A stretch of 64,000 nucleotides of DNA. Origin: an archaeon (GTDB taxonomy: Archaea > Micrarchaeota > Micrarchaeia > Anstonellales > Anstonellaceae). Both the position numbers and the translations under genes were made by a program. How positions within the stretch are numbered: the first letter of the stretch is position 1; each line of letters begins with the position of its first letter. The stretch is taken from the NCBI GenBank assembly GCA_020056635.1, contig JAGVHI010000024.1, positions 2,317-66,316 on the forward strand, given 5' to 3'. The notes beneath the pieces were generated by a model. That model did no database searches. It saw only the letters and a program-made list of their open reading frames with translations, and had not been told where the DNA came from. Positions 44,014 through 52,995 of the stretch are shown in pieces.

Positions 44014-45090
44014 TCACCCCCCAACTGCAATCTTAATCTCGTCTATTCCAGCTTCCCTGGCCAGCGGCACGTAATACTGCCCCCATTTCCTGCCGTTCTC
44101 CAGTATTTCCACAATCCCGCCCGGAGCAAGCCTGACATTGCCCATTATGCGGCCGCTCTCCAGCCCGGGCTGCACGTTCCCGAAAACATCAAGATGGAAT
44201 GCGGCCATGCGCTTGTCCGTTTCTGCGTAAGCAAGCGCGGGCATTCCCTGCGCAAATCCCCAAGTGAGCCCGAATTCCTGCTCGTCAATTCCGCGGAGGG
44301 TTGCAAATATCTCGTCTACGCGCCCTTCTTGAATTACAAAATTCCCGTTGAGCTTCGCCCCCCTGCCTATGGGCGCAAGCCTCTCGAAATACGGGACAAT
44401 GCCAAGCATCCTTGCGAACCGGAGCAGGGTTGGAAGCTCTGTTTCGTTCGGCTTTGCAATTATCACATCAATCCCAAGGTTCGGCCCGCGCATCCCGGCA
44501 TCGAGCAAATTCATCAGCCCCTCGCGCGCGTTTTTCCATGCGCCCCTCACCCCCACGAGCGTATCGTGCGCCTGCGGCTCAAGCGCGTAGAGTTTTGTGA
44601 TTACAGTTGTGCACACGCCTGCAAGCCATTTTGCTATTTCCTTATTCACCAGAGTTCCGTTCGTGAAAAGCACGAACTGCAGCCCTTCGCCCCTCACGAA
44701 TTGGGCAAGCTCCCAGAGGTTCGCATCCAGCAATGGCTCGCCCCGTCCCGCCACTGCAACGGTTTCAATTCCAGCTTCCTTTCCTGCCAGAATCGCGCCC
44801 TTCCACTCTGCAATCCTGTTCATTGCGCATGCGCAATCTTTTTTCTCAACAAATGTTGCATCCGGATAGCAGGGAGGGCAGCGCAAGTTGCACGCGTCCT
44901 TTGTTTCAAGGAATAGCATTTTGAATTGCGGAGGCGTGCCATTCGCAGTTTTCTTGGCATTTTGGCGCAGGTTCTCCACGCACACTTCGCGCGTGAAGAA
45001 ATACCCTGCAAGGGTTGGCGCCTGCCGAAGCCCAGTGGCTGCAGCGCGCTGCGCGTTAGTCTCAACAATCCGTATTGCCTTGTGTTCCAT
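44014..45090 (-). CDS. Radical SAM enzyme (unassigned subfamily)
   Basis: CNLRCPPC (CxxxCxxC) about 65 aa from the N-terminus, followed by a GRGEPLL glycine-rich SAM motif. No C-terminal SPASM Cys cluster seen. Confidence 0.75.
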   Translation of the reverse strand: MEHKAIRIVETNAQRAAATGLRQAPTLAGYFFTREVCVENLRQNAKKTANGTPPQFKMLFLETKDACNLRCPPCYPDATFVEKKDCACAMNRIAEWKGAILAGKEAGIETVAVAGRGEPLLDANLWELAQFVRGEGLQFVLFTNGTLVNKEIAKWLAGVCTTVITKLYALEPQAHDTLVGVRGAWKNAREGLMNLLDAGMRGPNLGIDVIIAKPNETELPTLLRFARMLGIVPYFERLAPIGRGAKLNGNFVIQEGRVDEIFATLRGIDEQEFGLTWGFAQGMPALAYAETDKRMAAFHLDVFGNVQPGLESGRIMGNVRLAPGGIVEILENGRKWGQYYVPLAREAGIDEIKIAVGG

Positions 45091-45238
45091 TTTCGCTCAC
45101 CATTCAACCTAAACCATGCAGGCAAACCTTCCGCAAGAGTTTTATTTAAAATTTAATCCGAAAAAAGCGAATAGATGCTCAAAAATAGATTAGATTTATA
45201 TAGATTTTGGAATATATATTCCATTATTGGTGATTCCT

Positions 45239-45682
45239 ATGGATGAACTGCCCGATGAGAAGGATTTTGCGGTAATTGAGGAGCTGAAGAAGAACTCACA
45301 CCTCTCTGAGCAGAAGCTTGCTAAAAAAACCGGAATCCCCATGACAACTGTGCATAACAGGGTGAGGAAGCTGCGGGAAGCTGGAATAATCGAGGCATAT
45401 ACCATAAGGCTCAATTACGCGAAAATCGGAAGGCCAGTGGTTGCATATGTGCAGCTCAAGTGCGTACAGGGGGCTGACCAGAGGGACCTGCTGCTCCAGA
45501 TTGCTAAAATACCGCACGTGCAGGAGGCGGCGATGGTCACGGGGGAGTTTGACTTGATATTCAAGGCAAGGGTCGAGTCCATGGAAGAGTTGAATAAAAT
45601 AGTGGTGCAAGGGTTGAGGAAGCAGAAGAACGTGGGTGAGACGAGGACGATGATAAGCTACGAAACAATTGAGAAACTGTGA
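45239..45682 (+). CDS. Lrp/AsnC-family transcriptional regulator
   Basis: HTH region (SEQKLAKKTGIPMTTVHNRVRKLREAGII) plus a RAM/ligand domain. Divergent from the radical-SAM operon. Confidence 0.85.
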   Translation: MDELPDEKDFAVIEELKKNSHLSEQKLAKKTGIPMTTVHNRVRKLREAGIIEAYTIRLNYAKIGRPVVAYVQLKCVQGADQRDLLLQIAKIPHVQEAAMVTGEFDLIFKARVESMEELNKIVVQGLRKQKNVGETRTMISYETIEKL

Positions 45683-45720
45683 GAGGAAGGCTGCCGCCCC
45701 GTTGCACCGAGAAAGAAAGC

Positions 45721-45730
45721 TTTATAAAAT
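45721..45730 (+). promoter_or_regulatory. TATA box upstream of tuf
   Basis: TTTATAAAAT preceded by purine-rich GAAAGAAAGC (BRE-like). GGGGGGTG Shine-Dalgarno-like motif lies just before ATG 45807. Confidence 0.5.
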
Positions 45731-45806
45731 AAATCAGCCAAAGTATGGTGCTGCTTAACGCTTTAGTTAAGTGTTGCTTAGCTTGTATATTGGGGGGTGT
45801 GTTGCA

Positions 45807-47078
45807 ATGGCAGAAAAAGAGCATTTGAACCTTATCTTCATCGGTCACGTAGACCATGGCAAATCAACTACCGTAGGGCGCATCCTTTACGAGACTGGGG
45901 CGCTCACTGAGCAGCAGCTTCGGAAACTGAAAGAGGAAGCTGAGAAGGTCGGGAAGGCAACTTTTGAGTTCGCTTTCACAATGGATACCCTCAAAGAGGA
46001 GAGGGAGCGCGGAGTTACCATTGACCTGTCGCACAAGGAGTTCCAAACCCAGAAGTACTACTTTACCATCATTGATGCGCCTGGGCACAGGGACTTCGTG
46101 AAGAACATGATTACAGGCGCATCGCAGGCAGACGCGGCGGTGCTCGTGTGCTCTGCAAAGGAAGGGGTGCAGCCGCAGACAAAGGAGCATGCGTTCCTTG
46201 CAAAGGTGCTTGGAATTTCCCAGCTAATTGTTGCAGTGAACAAGATGGATGCAGTGAACTATGACCATTTGAAGTTTGATGAGACAAAGATGCAATTGAC
46301 CACGCTGCTCAAGAACATTGGGTACAAGGTGGAGAACATCCCGTTCATCCCGATTTCAGGTTGGGCTGGCACGAACCTTGCAAAGAAACCGACTGAGATG
46401 AGCTGGTATTCGGGTCCGACGCTGCTTGAGGCGTTTGACAAGCTGACAGTGCCGGCGAAACCGACAGACAAGGCACTCCGGCTGCCTATCCAGGATGTGT
46501 TCACCATTACTGGGCACGGCACAGTGCCAGTGGGCAGGGTTGAGACTGGGATTATGAAAATCAACCAGAGCGTGGTTTTCATGCCCTCGGGTGCGAAGGG
46601 AGAGGTAAAGAGGATTGAGATGCACCACCAGGAGCTGCAGCAGGCTGTTCCGGGAGACAATGTAGGGTTCAACGTGAAGAACGTGGATAAGAAGGATGTG
46701 AAGAGGGGAGAAGTGGTCGGGCCTGTGGACAAGCCGCCAACAGTGGCTGCAGAGTTCACTGCGCAGATTGTGGTGCTCGAGCACCCGACTGCAATCGGAA
46801 AGGGCTACACCCCAGTGTTCCATATACACACTGCACAGGTTGCGTGCACAATCACAGAAATAGTAGAAAAGAAGGACCCGAAGACTGGCGCAACGCAGCA
46901 GAAGAACCCGGACTTCATCAAGACGGGCGATGTTGCGATTGTGAAAGTGAAGCCATTGAAAGCTGTGGTGATTGAGAAGTTCTCGGAGTTCCCGCCATTG
47001 GGCAGGTTCGCAATCCGGGACATGGGGCAGACCGTCGCAGCGGGCGTAGTGCTCGAGGTCGTGCCCAAGACGGCGTAA
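45807..47078 (+). CDS. tuf: Translation elongation factor aEF-1 alpha
   Basis: Motifs [17 protein letters not shown] and NKMD. 423 aa from MAEKEH. Confidence 0.95.
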   Translation: MAEKEHLNLIFIGHVDHGKSTTVGRILYETGALTEQQLRKLKEEAEKVGKATFEFAFTMDTLKEERERGVTIDLSHKEFQTQKYYFTIIDAPGHRDFVKNMITGASQADAAVLVCSAKEGVQPQTKEHAFLAKVLGISQLIVAVNKMDAVNYDHLKFDETKMQLTTLLKNIGYKVENIPFIPISGWAGTNLAKKPTEMSWYSGPTLLEAFDKLTVPAKPTDKALRLPIQDVFTITGHGTVPVGRVETGIMKINQSVVFMPSGAKGEVKRIEMHHQELQQAVPGDNVGFNVKNVDKKDVKRGEVVGPVDKPPTVAAEFTAQIVVLEHPTAIGKGYTPVFHIHTAQVACTITEIVEKKDPKTGATQQKNPDFIKTGDVAIVKVKPLKAVVIEKFSEFPPLGRFAIRDMGQTVAAGVVLEVVPKTA

Positions 47079-47151
47079 ATTGCTTGGATTTGTTTATGGA
47101 TTTGAAAACTGAAGGATTTGCATCGCGGATGCAAACCGAGTGGTTGGTTGG

Positions 47152-47457
47152 ATGGGAAAAGCGAGAATAAGACTAATCGGGAAAGACGCTGCGGAGCTCG
47201 ATGGCATCTGCAAGCAGATTGTGGAGATCGCCAAGAGCACCGGAGTGGAAGTGAAAGGCCCGATTCCCCTTCCAACAAGGAGGTTGAAAATTGCAACCCG
47301 GAGGACCCCGTGCGGGGACGGGTCGGACACCTATGAGCACTGGGAAATGAGAATACATAAGAGATTGATTGATGTTGCGGGAGATGCCCGAACCCTGCGC
47401 CAAATCATGCGCGTGAAAGTGCCTGATACGGTGCAAGTGAAGATTTCGCTTGAGTGA
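47152..47457 (+). CDS. rps10: Ribosomal protein uS10
   Basis: ARIRL.G.D...LD..C..IV.......V.V.GPIPLPT pattern. Conserved tuf-rps10 order. Confidence 0.9.
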   Translation: MGKARIRLIGKDAAELDGICKQIVEIAKSTGVEVKGPIPLPTRRLKIATRRTPCGDGSDTYEHWEMRIHKRLIDVAGDARTLRQIMRVKVPDTVQVKISLE

Positions 47458-47508
47458 AGAGCTTCTTTTGAAAGGCTGTTTTTAAGAATTGGCTGCCTAG
47501 CTTAGTCT

Positions 47509-49095
47509 ATGGGCTCGCCTATCTACGACATTTTGAACAAGGCATGGAAATCGACTGCGCGAGTTTTATTTGGGGACGAGCTTGGGGAACTGGAAGATTA
47601 TGAGGACTGGCTGCTTTCCGGAATGCGCAAGCTCCGGTTTGAGAAATCTGCTTTATCGGGCAAGGAGGTAAGCCTTGCAATGCCTGAATATACCCCTAAT
47701 GCCCGCTTTTTGAGCTTTGATGAGATGGATTTCGGCAAGAAATTCGAGCCGCTTGGAATAAACGAAGTGAAGGATATTGATTCTGTTCTCGAGGCAATTT
47801 CAGAGCGCGTTTATTATACCGGCAACATAGTGCTGGGAGAATCGAAATATGTGGAGCGGAGCAGCAACATAGTGGACAGCCATTTCGTTTACTGTTCGAA
47901 CGTTGTTTCGGATTCGAAGTATATCGCATATTCAAGGGAAGCAAGGCTTTGTGAATACTGCTTTGGGTTCTTTGTTGGGGGGGAGTGCAGCTACACCGTG
48001 AAGTGCTGGGGGGGCAAAATGAAAAGGTGCTTTGAGTGCTACCATTCTGAGAGCAATTCTGATTCCTACTATTGCTTGGGGATACAAAACTGCCGCGACT
48101 GCATGTTCTGCTTCGGGCTGCAGAATGGCTCTTATGCAATAGGGAATCTGGCGCTGCCAGCGGAGAGATACAAGGGCATAAAACAGAAGCTGCTGTCGGA
48201 ACTTGTAGAAAAATTGAAGAAGGAGAAGAGCATATTCTCCCTATTGGATATCGTTGAGCAGGCAAAGGAGCACGAGGAGAGCAGCCTGCACCTGCCCCTT
48301 CCGCCCCAAAAACAGTTCAAAAAAGAAGTAGTGGAGGGGGCTTTTTCCCGCACAAGCGGCATTTTGCTTGGGAAAAGCCTGAGTGGGATTGACAGTTATG
48401 CCGGTTTCCTGCAAAAGCACGTGCCAAAGAACGTGATACTGAAATCCCCTCTGAGCGGGAAGAGGGTTTTGGTGGCAGGCTTCCGCTCATATGTGTTGGA
48501 CATGTTTGGGGTTGAGGGGCGGACAGTGGATATGGAAGAGCTTTGGGAAATCGGAAAGACGCATGTCGGGGAAAAAGAAGCATTATCCCTGAAAATGGAT
48601 GAGGGATATTTGGCAAAAGCATTGTCTCCGGTTGCTTACATCGCATTTGATGTGGGATATGGGAACATATCAAACATTGCAGATGCGGCTGTTGCAATAA
48701 ACTGCCAGGATTGCTATAATGGGTCTGCATTCGTAAATGCCAAAAAATGCGCCTATTGCTACTGGCCCCGCGAGTCTGAGCATATCTTCGGCTCTTCTGT
48801 AACCTGGATGTCTGCATTTTGCATGAAATGCTATTATTCGAAGAGGCTTACGCGCGCTTTCGAGTGCGATGCATGCGACAGCTGCTCTGACATTTACTTT
48901 TCGCACAACTGCGAGAATGTGAGGGATTCGATGTTCTGCTTCAATGTGAAGAACCTGAACTATGCTATAGGGAATGCGGCGCTTGCACCAGACAAGTACA
49001 AGCAGGTAAAGGCTAAACTGCTTGAGCAGGTTGCAGGCGAGCTTGAGAAGAAGAAGGACCTGAAATGGGATATATTTAAACTCTCGGAGAAATAA
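47509..49095 (+). CDS. CxxC-rich, internally duplicated protein of unknown function (paralog 1)
   Basis: 528 aa. Each half starts with an AW+..+VLFG....G.L.DY..WL helix. A run of CxxC-bearing short repeats follows, ending in C.DCMFCF.(V/L).N..YAIGN. Confidence 0.6.
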   Translation: MGSPIYDILNKAWKSTARVLFGDELGELEDYEDWLLSGMRKLRFEKSALSGKEVSLAMPEYTPNARFLSFDEMDFGKKFEPLGINEVKDIDSVLEAISERVYYTGNIVLGESKYVERSSNIVDSHFVYCSNVVSDSKYIAYSREARLCEYCFGFFVGGECSYTVKCWGGKMKRCFECYHSESNSDSYYCLGIQNCRDCMFCFGLQNGSYAIGNLALPAERYKGIKQKLLSELVEKLKKEKSIFSLLDIVEQAKEHEESSLHLPLPPQKQFKKEVVEGAFSRTSGILLGKSLSGIDSYAGFLQKHVPKNVILKSPLSGKRVLVAGFRSYVLDMFGVEGRTVDMEELWEIGKTHVGEKEALSLKMDEGYLAKALSPVAYIAFDVGYGNISNIADAAVAINCQDCYNGSAFVNAKKCAYCYWPRESEHIFGSSVTWMSAFCMKCYYSKRLTRAFECDACDSCSDIYFSHNCENVRDSMFCFNVKNLNYAIGNAALAPDKYKQVKAKLLEQVAGELEKKKDLKWDIFKLSEK

Positions 49096-49109
49096 TTTAC
49101 TTGCACATT

Positions 49110-49193
49110 GCCGAGGTGGCAGAATCTGGTATCGCGCTAGACTTGAGATCTAGTGCCCTTCGGGGCTTAGGAGTTCAAATCTCCTCCTCGGCG
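49110..49193 (+). tRNA. tRNA-Ser (anticodon UGA), uninterrupted
   Basis: Acceptor GCCGAGG/CCTCGGC. Anticodon arm CTAGA-CTTGAGA-TCTAG. Long variable arm TGCCCTTCGGGGCTT. T arm AGGAG-TTCAAAT-CTCCT. TATATTTAAA lies 30 nt upstream. Confidence 0.9.
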
Positions 49194-49198
49194 TTCGC

Positions 49199-50191
49199 TT
49201 ATACGAAATCTATTTCAAAACTGAAATCGGCTTTGCTGCCCGTGCTTTGCGGATTGGATTTCCAGAGCTTGAAATTGATATGCGATGGATACTCGCTTAC
49301 AACAAATCCGGTGTCAGGCTCAAATGGGCTTCCGTTGTTGCATCCGCCTTCATACCTGCAGCTTCCGCCAAGGTGGATGAACGTGAGCAATTGCACCGGG
49401 CCGTCAGCTATCCTCCCGCCATCAACGCGGTCAGGTGCTATTCCGGCTGATTTGTTCAAGTCCGCATATGCGAATTCGTAACCGAAATCCCTTGCGTTGA
49501 AGCTATACAGGAAGAGCGTGAAATTGGTTGAGAATCTTGACCAATGATTTGATTTCTGCTCCTCCGCCAGTCTGGTGAGGTTGTAAACCGCAACTGCACT
49601 GGATTCGTTTGGGTAATACACAAGGCTTATCGGGCGAGGGTAGGCAGGGGTGCAATTGCCATAATCATAGGTGACAAAATCCTGGTCAAGGACTAAGAGA
49701 AGATAGGGGTTTATGACGCTGCGGGATTCTTCAGAAGGCCCCTCTATGTTAGGATATTCCTCGCTATTGCAGAACTGGCCCGTCACGCCCCACCATGGCT
49801 TCTTGTCGTCTATTTGCCCGAACACCGGGGAATATGGGGAATAGTTCCCTTCCACCAAATCGTATTGGGAAACGTACATGTTGCGCATGGAGAGCACTTC
49901 GCGCTTTGTGAGCCAGTCAAACTCTACAGGTTCATTCAGCCGTATTTCCACCCTCTCGCTTGCATTTGGGCCGGTTTTGAGCCTGTTTGGAGCCGGAGAA
50001 GTGCAAAAGTCAGTGCCGTTTGCAAGAAGGCAGGAGGAGCCGCCATTTGGCGTGATTGATGGGGAGGGGGGAGAATGCTGAGTGAAAGGGATTTCAAGCA
50101 TGCCATTGAGAAAAAGGGCCAAAACAACAAGGAAAAGAAGGAAAACATTGGCTGCAATCAGCAAGGCAAGTTTCAGCCTACGGCCATCCAT
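49199..50191 (-). CDS. Hypothetical extracellular protein with N-terminal membrane anchor
   Basis: MDGRRLKLALLIAANVFLLFLVVLALFL anchor followed by an Asn/Tyr/Pro-rich domain. Confidence 0.5.
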   Translation of the reverse strand: MDGRRLKLALLIAANVFLLFLVVLALFLNGMLEIPFTQHSPPSPSITPNGGSSCLLANGTDFCTSPAPNRLKTGPNASERVEIRLNEPVEFDWLTKREVLSMRNMYVSQYDLVEGNYSPYSPVFGQIDDKKPWWGVTGQFCNSEEYPNIEGPSEESRSVINPYLLLVLDQDFVTYDYGNCTPAYPRPISLVYYPNESSAVAVYNLTRLAEEQKSNHWSRFSTNFTLFLYSFNARDFGYEFAYADLNKSAGIAPDRVDGGRIADGPVQLLTFIHLGGSCRYEGGCNNGSPFEPDTGFVVSEYPSHINFKLWKSNPQSTGSKADFSFEIDFV

Positions 50192-50331
50192 AATATTTGA
50201 AGGGATGCTTCGTTTATAAGTATGGAGGATAGCCGCACAACGGCGTTCTCCTCATGATTAAAAAGCAATAGCCGAGAAATGCATCTGAAACAGGGAACGA
50301 GCCTATATTATAACCAGCGACCAGGGAAACG

Positions 50332-51720
50332 ATGGACAATCTCCTAGAAGCCCCGATATTAAAGAAGGAATTGGGATTGCTCGGAAGCTTCTCTATGGGA
50401 TTTGCCGATGTGGGGGCTGACATTTTCCTTGCGCTGGGCCTTATTGCGGCATATGCGCACGGGCTTATGCCATTTGCGATATTGGTTGCATCGGTGGTGT
50501 ATGTTTGCTCTGGGTTTGCGTATGCTGAGCTTGCTGCCGCCATTCCTGTGAGCGGCGGCTCTTCCGCATTCGGGAAAAGGGCGTTTGGGAAATGGGCAGG
50601 CTTTCTCGCAGGCTGGGGCCTGATATTGGATTACACCATTGATGTCGCGCTGTTTGCAGTTGCATCAGCAGGCTATCTTTCGTTTTTCATCCCGCAAATA
50701 GGAGTTCTCCTGCCGCTGGTTGCGGCGTTCCTCATATTCGTGCTTTTGCTTGTGAATTTGCTTGGGATTAGGGAATCGTCAGCAATAAATTCGTTCCTTA
50801 CCCTTGTGGTGATCGGGATTCTTGCTGCGCTCATTTTTTTCGGGTTCCAGTATGCATTCAAATTGGACACGTTACTTGGGGCAATAAAATCCATAGAGAT
50901 TGACCCGGGAATGGACAGTTTCCTGTATTCGATTACGCTTGCGATGGTTGCATTTGTAGGGATTGAGAGCATATCGCAGGGGGCTGAGGAAACAAAGAAC
51001 CCTGGAAAAGTGATTCCCAGGGCAACGCTGCTTGCGGTTGTTTGTGTTGTGCTGTTTGCAGTTGTGCTCTCCACCATGGCACTGGGGATTGTATCTTACA
51101 AAACATTGGCAGATAATATGAACAGCCCGCTTGTGCCGATTGCAAAAGCATTGCCTTTCACTGATATTATAGTGCCAGTGATTGCTGCATGCGGGTTTTT
51201 GATCTGCTTCGTGTCTGCGAATACCGGCATAATAGGGGTGTCAAGAGTGGCGTTTTCGATGAGCGGGGCTGGGTTTATCACAAGGAAAGTGCAGTGGGTG
51301 CACCCGAATTACCGCACCCCGTGGCTTACGATAATTATTTTCTCATTGATTGCCATGGGCCTTGCGTTCACAGGGGATATGGTGTTCTTGGGGGAGCTGT
51401 ATGCGTTCGGTGCGCTGACCGCGTATACTGTGACCAATGCCTCGCTCATTGCGCTGCGGTTCAAGGAGCCGGATTTGCACAGGCCGTTCAAAATGCCATT
51501 GAATATCAGAGTAGGGAAAGGGGAGATTTCGCTGATTTCAATCGTCGGGCTTGTAAGCTGCATAGCAGTGTTTTTCCTGGTAGCCACGCTGCACACTGAA
51601 GGCAGGAATTTTGCGTTTGTGTGGTTTGCTGCGGGGATATTGTATTTCGTCTGGTATGGGGGTTACCGGGAAAAAGCGGATAGGAATACTGCCCTCAAAG
51701 GGATAGAAACCGTATCATGA
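50332..51720 (+). CDS. APC-superfamily amino acid/polyamine permease
   Basis: 462 aa with about 12 TM helices. The N-terminal G-rich helix (GFADVGADIF) is typical of APC transporters. Confidence 0.75.
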   Translation: MDNLLEAPILKKELGLLGSFSMGFADVGADIFLALGLIAAYAHGLMPFAILVASVVYVCSGFAYAELAAAIPVSGGSSAFGKRAFGKWAGFLAGWGLILDYTIDVALFAVASAGYLSFFIPQIGVLLPLVAAFLIFVLLLVNLLGIRESSAINSFLTLVVIGILAALIFFGFQYAFKLDTLLGAIKSIEIDPGMDSFLYSITLAMVAFVGIESISQGAEETKNPGKVIPRATLLAVVCVVLFAVVLSTMALGIVSYKTLADNMNSPLVPIAKALPFTDIIVPVIAACGFLICFVSANTGIIGVSRVAFSMSGAGFITRKVQWVHPNYRTPWLTIIIFSLIAMGLAFTGDMVFLGELYAFGALTAYTVTNASLIALRFKEPDLHRPFKMPLNIRVGKGEISLISIVGLVSCIAVFFLVATLHTEGRNFAFVWFAAGILYFVWYGGYREKADRNTALKGIETVS

Positions 51721-51766
51721 GATTCGTAAAAGAGTGCTGGAAGGCGAAAAGCTTTTCCTATTTCTG

Positions 51767-52519
51767 CTATGCTGCTCGTTCCAGAAAAGTGACTGCGGCT
51801 GCAATTATCGCAATCCCAAGCAACATGAGCGCAAGCTGTTTTACGGATTCCTTGGGCCGCACGTCCTTGTGCAGCTCAGGGACGACGTCTGCACTTGCAA
51901 TGTAGATGAACATGCCTGCAGTGAACGCAAGGCCGTAGAACGAGAGGTGCGCAACAAACGGGGCTATGTAGTAGAAAGAAACAGCCCCTACGACAGCAGT
52001 GAGCGCGGAGAGGAAGTTGAATGCAAGCGCCCGGGTTTTTTCCATCCCGCTGTAAAGCAGCAGGCTGAAATCCCCTATCTCCTGGGGGATTTCGTGCAAA
52101 ATGACTGCGATGGTAGTAGTCATGCCCAGTGCAGGGCTTGAGATGAACGCAGCCGAGATTGCGATGCCGTCAAAGAAGTTGTGCAGCCCGTCTCCAATCA
52201 GGTTCAGGTAGCCCAATGGCTTTACCTTGCTTGAGTGCTTTGAGGAGTGGTGGTGGTGCCACATTATCATCTTCTCAAGTATGAAGAAAGCTATGAAGCC
52301 AACAAGTGCTGCAAGCATTGCAGACTGAATTTCAATCCCTTCGAGCGATTCAGGTATGAGGTCAAGGAATGCAGCTCCAAGTAATGTGCCGCCAGAGAGG
52401 CTTACAAGCAGCGGGAGAAGCTCGTTTAGCCTCTTTTGGTTCATTGATAGGAAGAGGATGCCTGCAAGCGAGGCTGCGCTCACTATGAGCGTTGCTGCGA
52501 TTATCAGCTCCAGCACCAT
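51767..52519 (-). CDS. zupT: ZIP-family divalent metal transporter
   Basis: HNFFDGIAI and HEIPQEIGDF signature helices. His-rich loop HHHHSSKH. Confidence 0.85.
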   Translation of the reverse strand: MVLELIIAATLIVSAASLAGILFLSMNQKRLNELLPLLVSLSGGTLLGAAFLDLIPESLEGIEIQSAMLAALVGFIAFFILEKMIMWHHHHSSKHSSKVKPLGYLNLIGDGLHNFFDGIAISAAFISSPALGMTTTIAVILHEIPQEIGDFSLLLYSGMEKTRALAFNFLSALTAVVGAVSFYYIAPFVAHLSFYGLAFTAGMFIYIASADVVPELHKDVRPKESVKQLALMLLGIAIIAAAVTFLERAA

Positions 52520-52533
52520 AACTGTTCTTTTGG

Positions 52534-52564
52534 GTTATTAACTTTTAAATATATTGTTAATAAC
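52534..52564. promoter_or_regulatory. Inverted repeat GTTATTAAC-N13-GTTAATAAC flanking a TATA-like box (candidate metalloregulator operator)
   Basis: Perfect 9-bp arms. The spacer TTTTAAATATATT is TATA-like and lies 24-36 nt upstream of the zupT ATG. Located in the zupT/nikR divergent intergenic region. Confidence 0.5.
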
Positions 52565-52608
52565 ATATCCGGTGCGGCTTATAAGGCTGATAATAAGCGA
52601 GGGATTGG

Positions 52609-52992
52609 ATGCCCATAGTGAGCATGTCGCTTGATGAGAAGACACTGCGGGAGCTGGACGGGCTGTCTGGGCAGCTGGGCTTTGCGGGGCGGTCCGAAGC
52701 GCTTAGGGCAGGTGTGAAGAAGCTTGTTTCGGAGAACCGCGAGCTCTCAAGGCTTTCTGGGAAAATGAAGGCTGTGCTGCTTTTGGTGCATGGAAAGGAA
52801 GCAGAGGAGAGGGCAACTTCGTTCAAGCATTCGTACGACGATATTGTCTCAACACAAGTGCACACTGATTTGAAAGAAGGGAAGTGCTTGGAAATATTTG
52901 TGCTGGAAGGGGAGGCAGGCAGGATTAAAGAGATGGTGGGGCAGGCGCAAACAAACAGGAAAATTGATTATTGCAGGCTGGTCGTGCCCTAG
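52609..52992 (+). CDS. nikR: NikR-family ribbon-helix-helix metal-responsive regulator
   Basis: N-terminal RHH (VSMSLDEKTLRELD..GFAGRSEALR) plus a C-terminal ACT-like domain with His/Cys residues (VHG, KHS, VHTD, GKC). Confidence 0.7.
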   Translation: MPIVSMSLDEKTLRELDGLSGQLGFAGRSEALRAGVKKLVSENRELSRLSGKMKAVLLLVHGKEAEERATSFKHSYDDIVSTQVHTDLKEGKCLEIFVLEGEAGRIKEMVGQAQTNRKIDYCRLVVP

Positions 52993-52995
52993 CGC

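Noticed and set aside
50192-50331. Possible structured leader or riboswitch (hairpin GGAGGATAGCCGCACAACGGCGTTCTCC) upstream of the APC permease gene.
   Set aside because: It is a single hairpin with no recognisable riboswitch core. The region also has to hold the two divergent promoters, and an AT-box (CCTATATTATAA) ~25 nt before the ATG suggests a leaderless mRNA that would exclude the hairpin.
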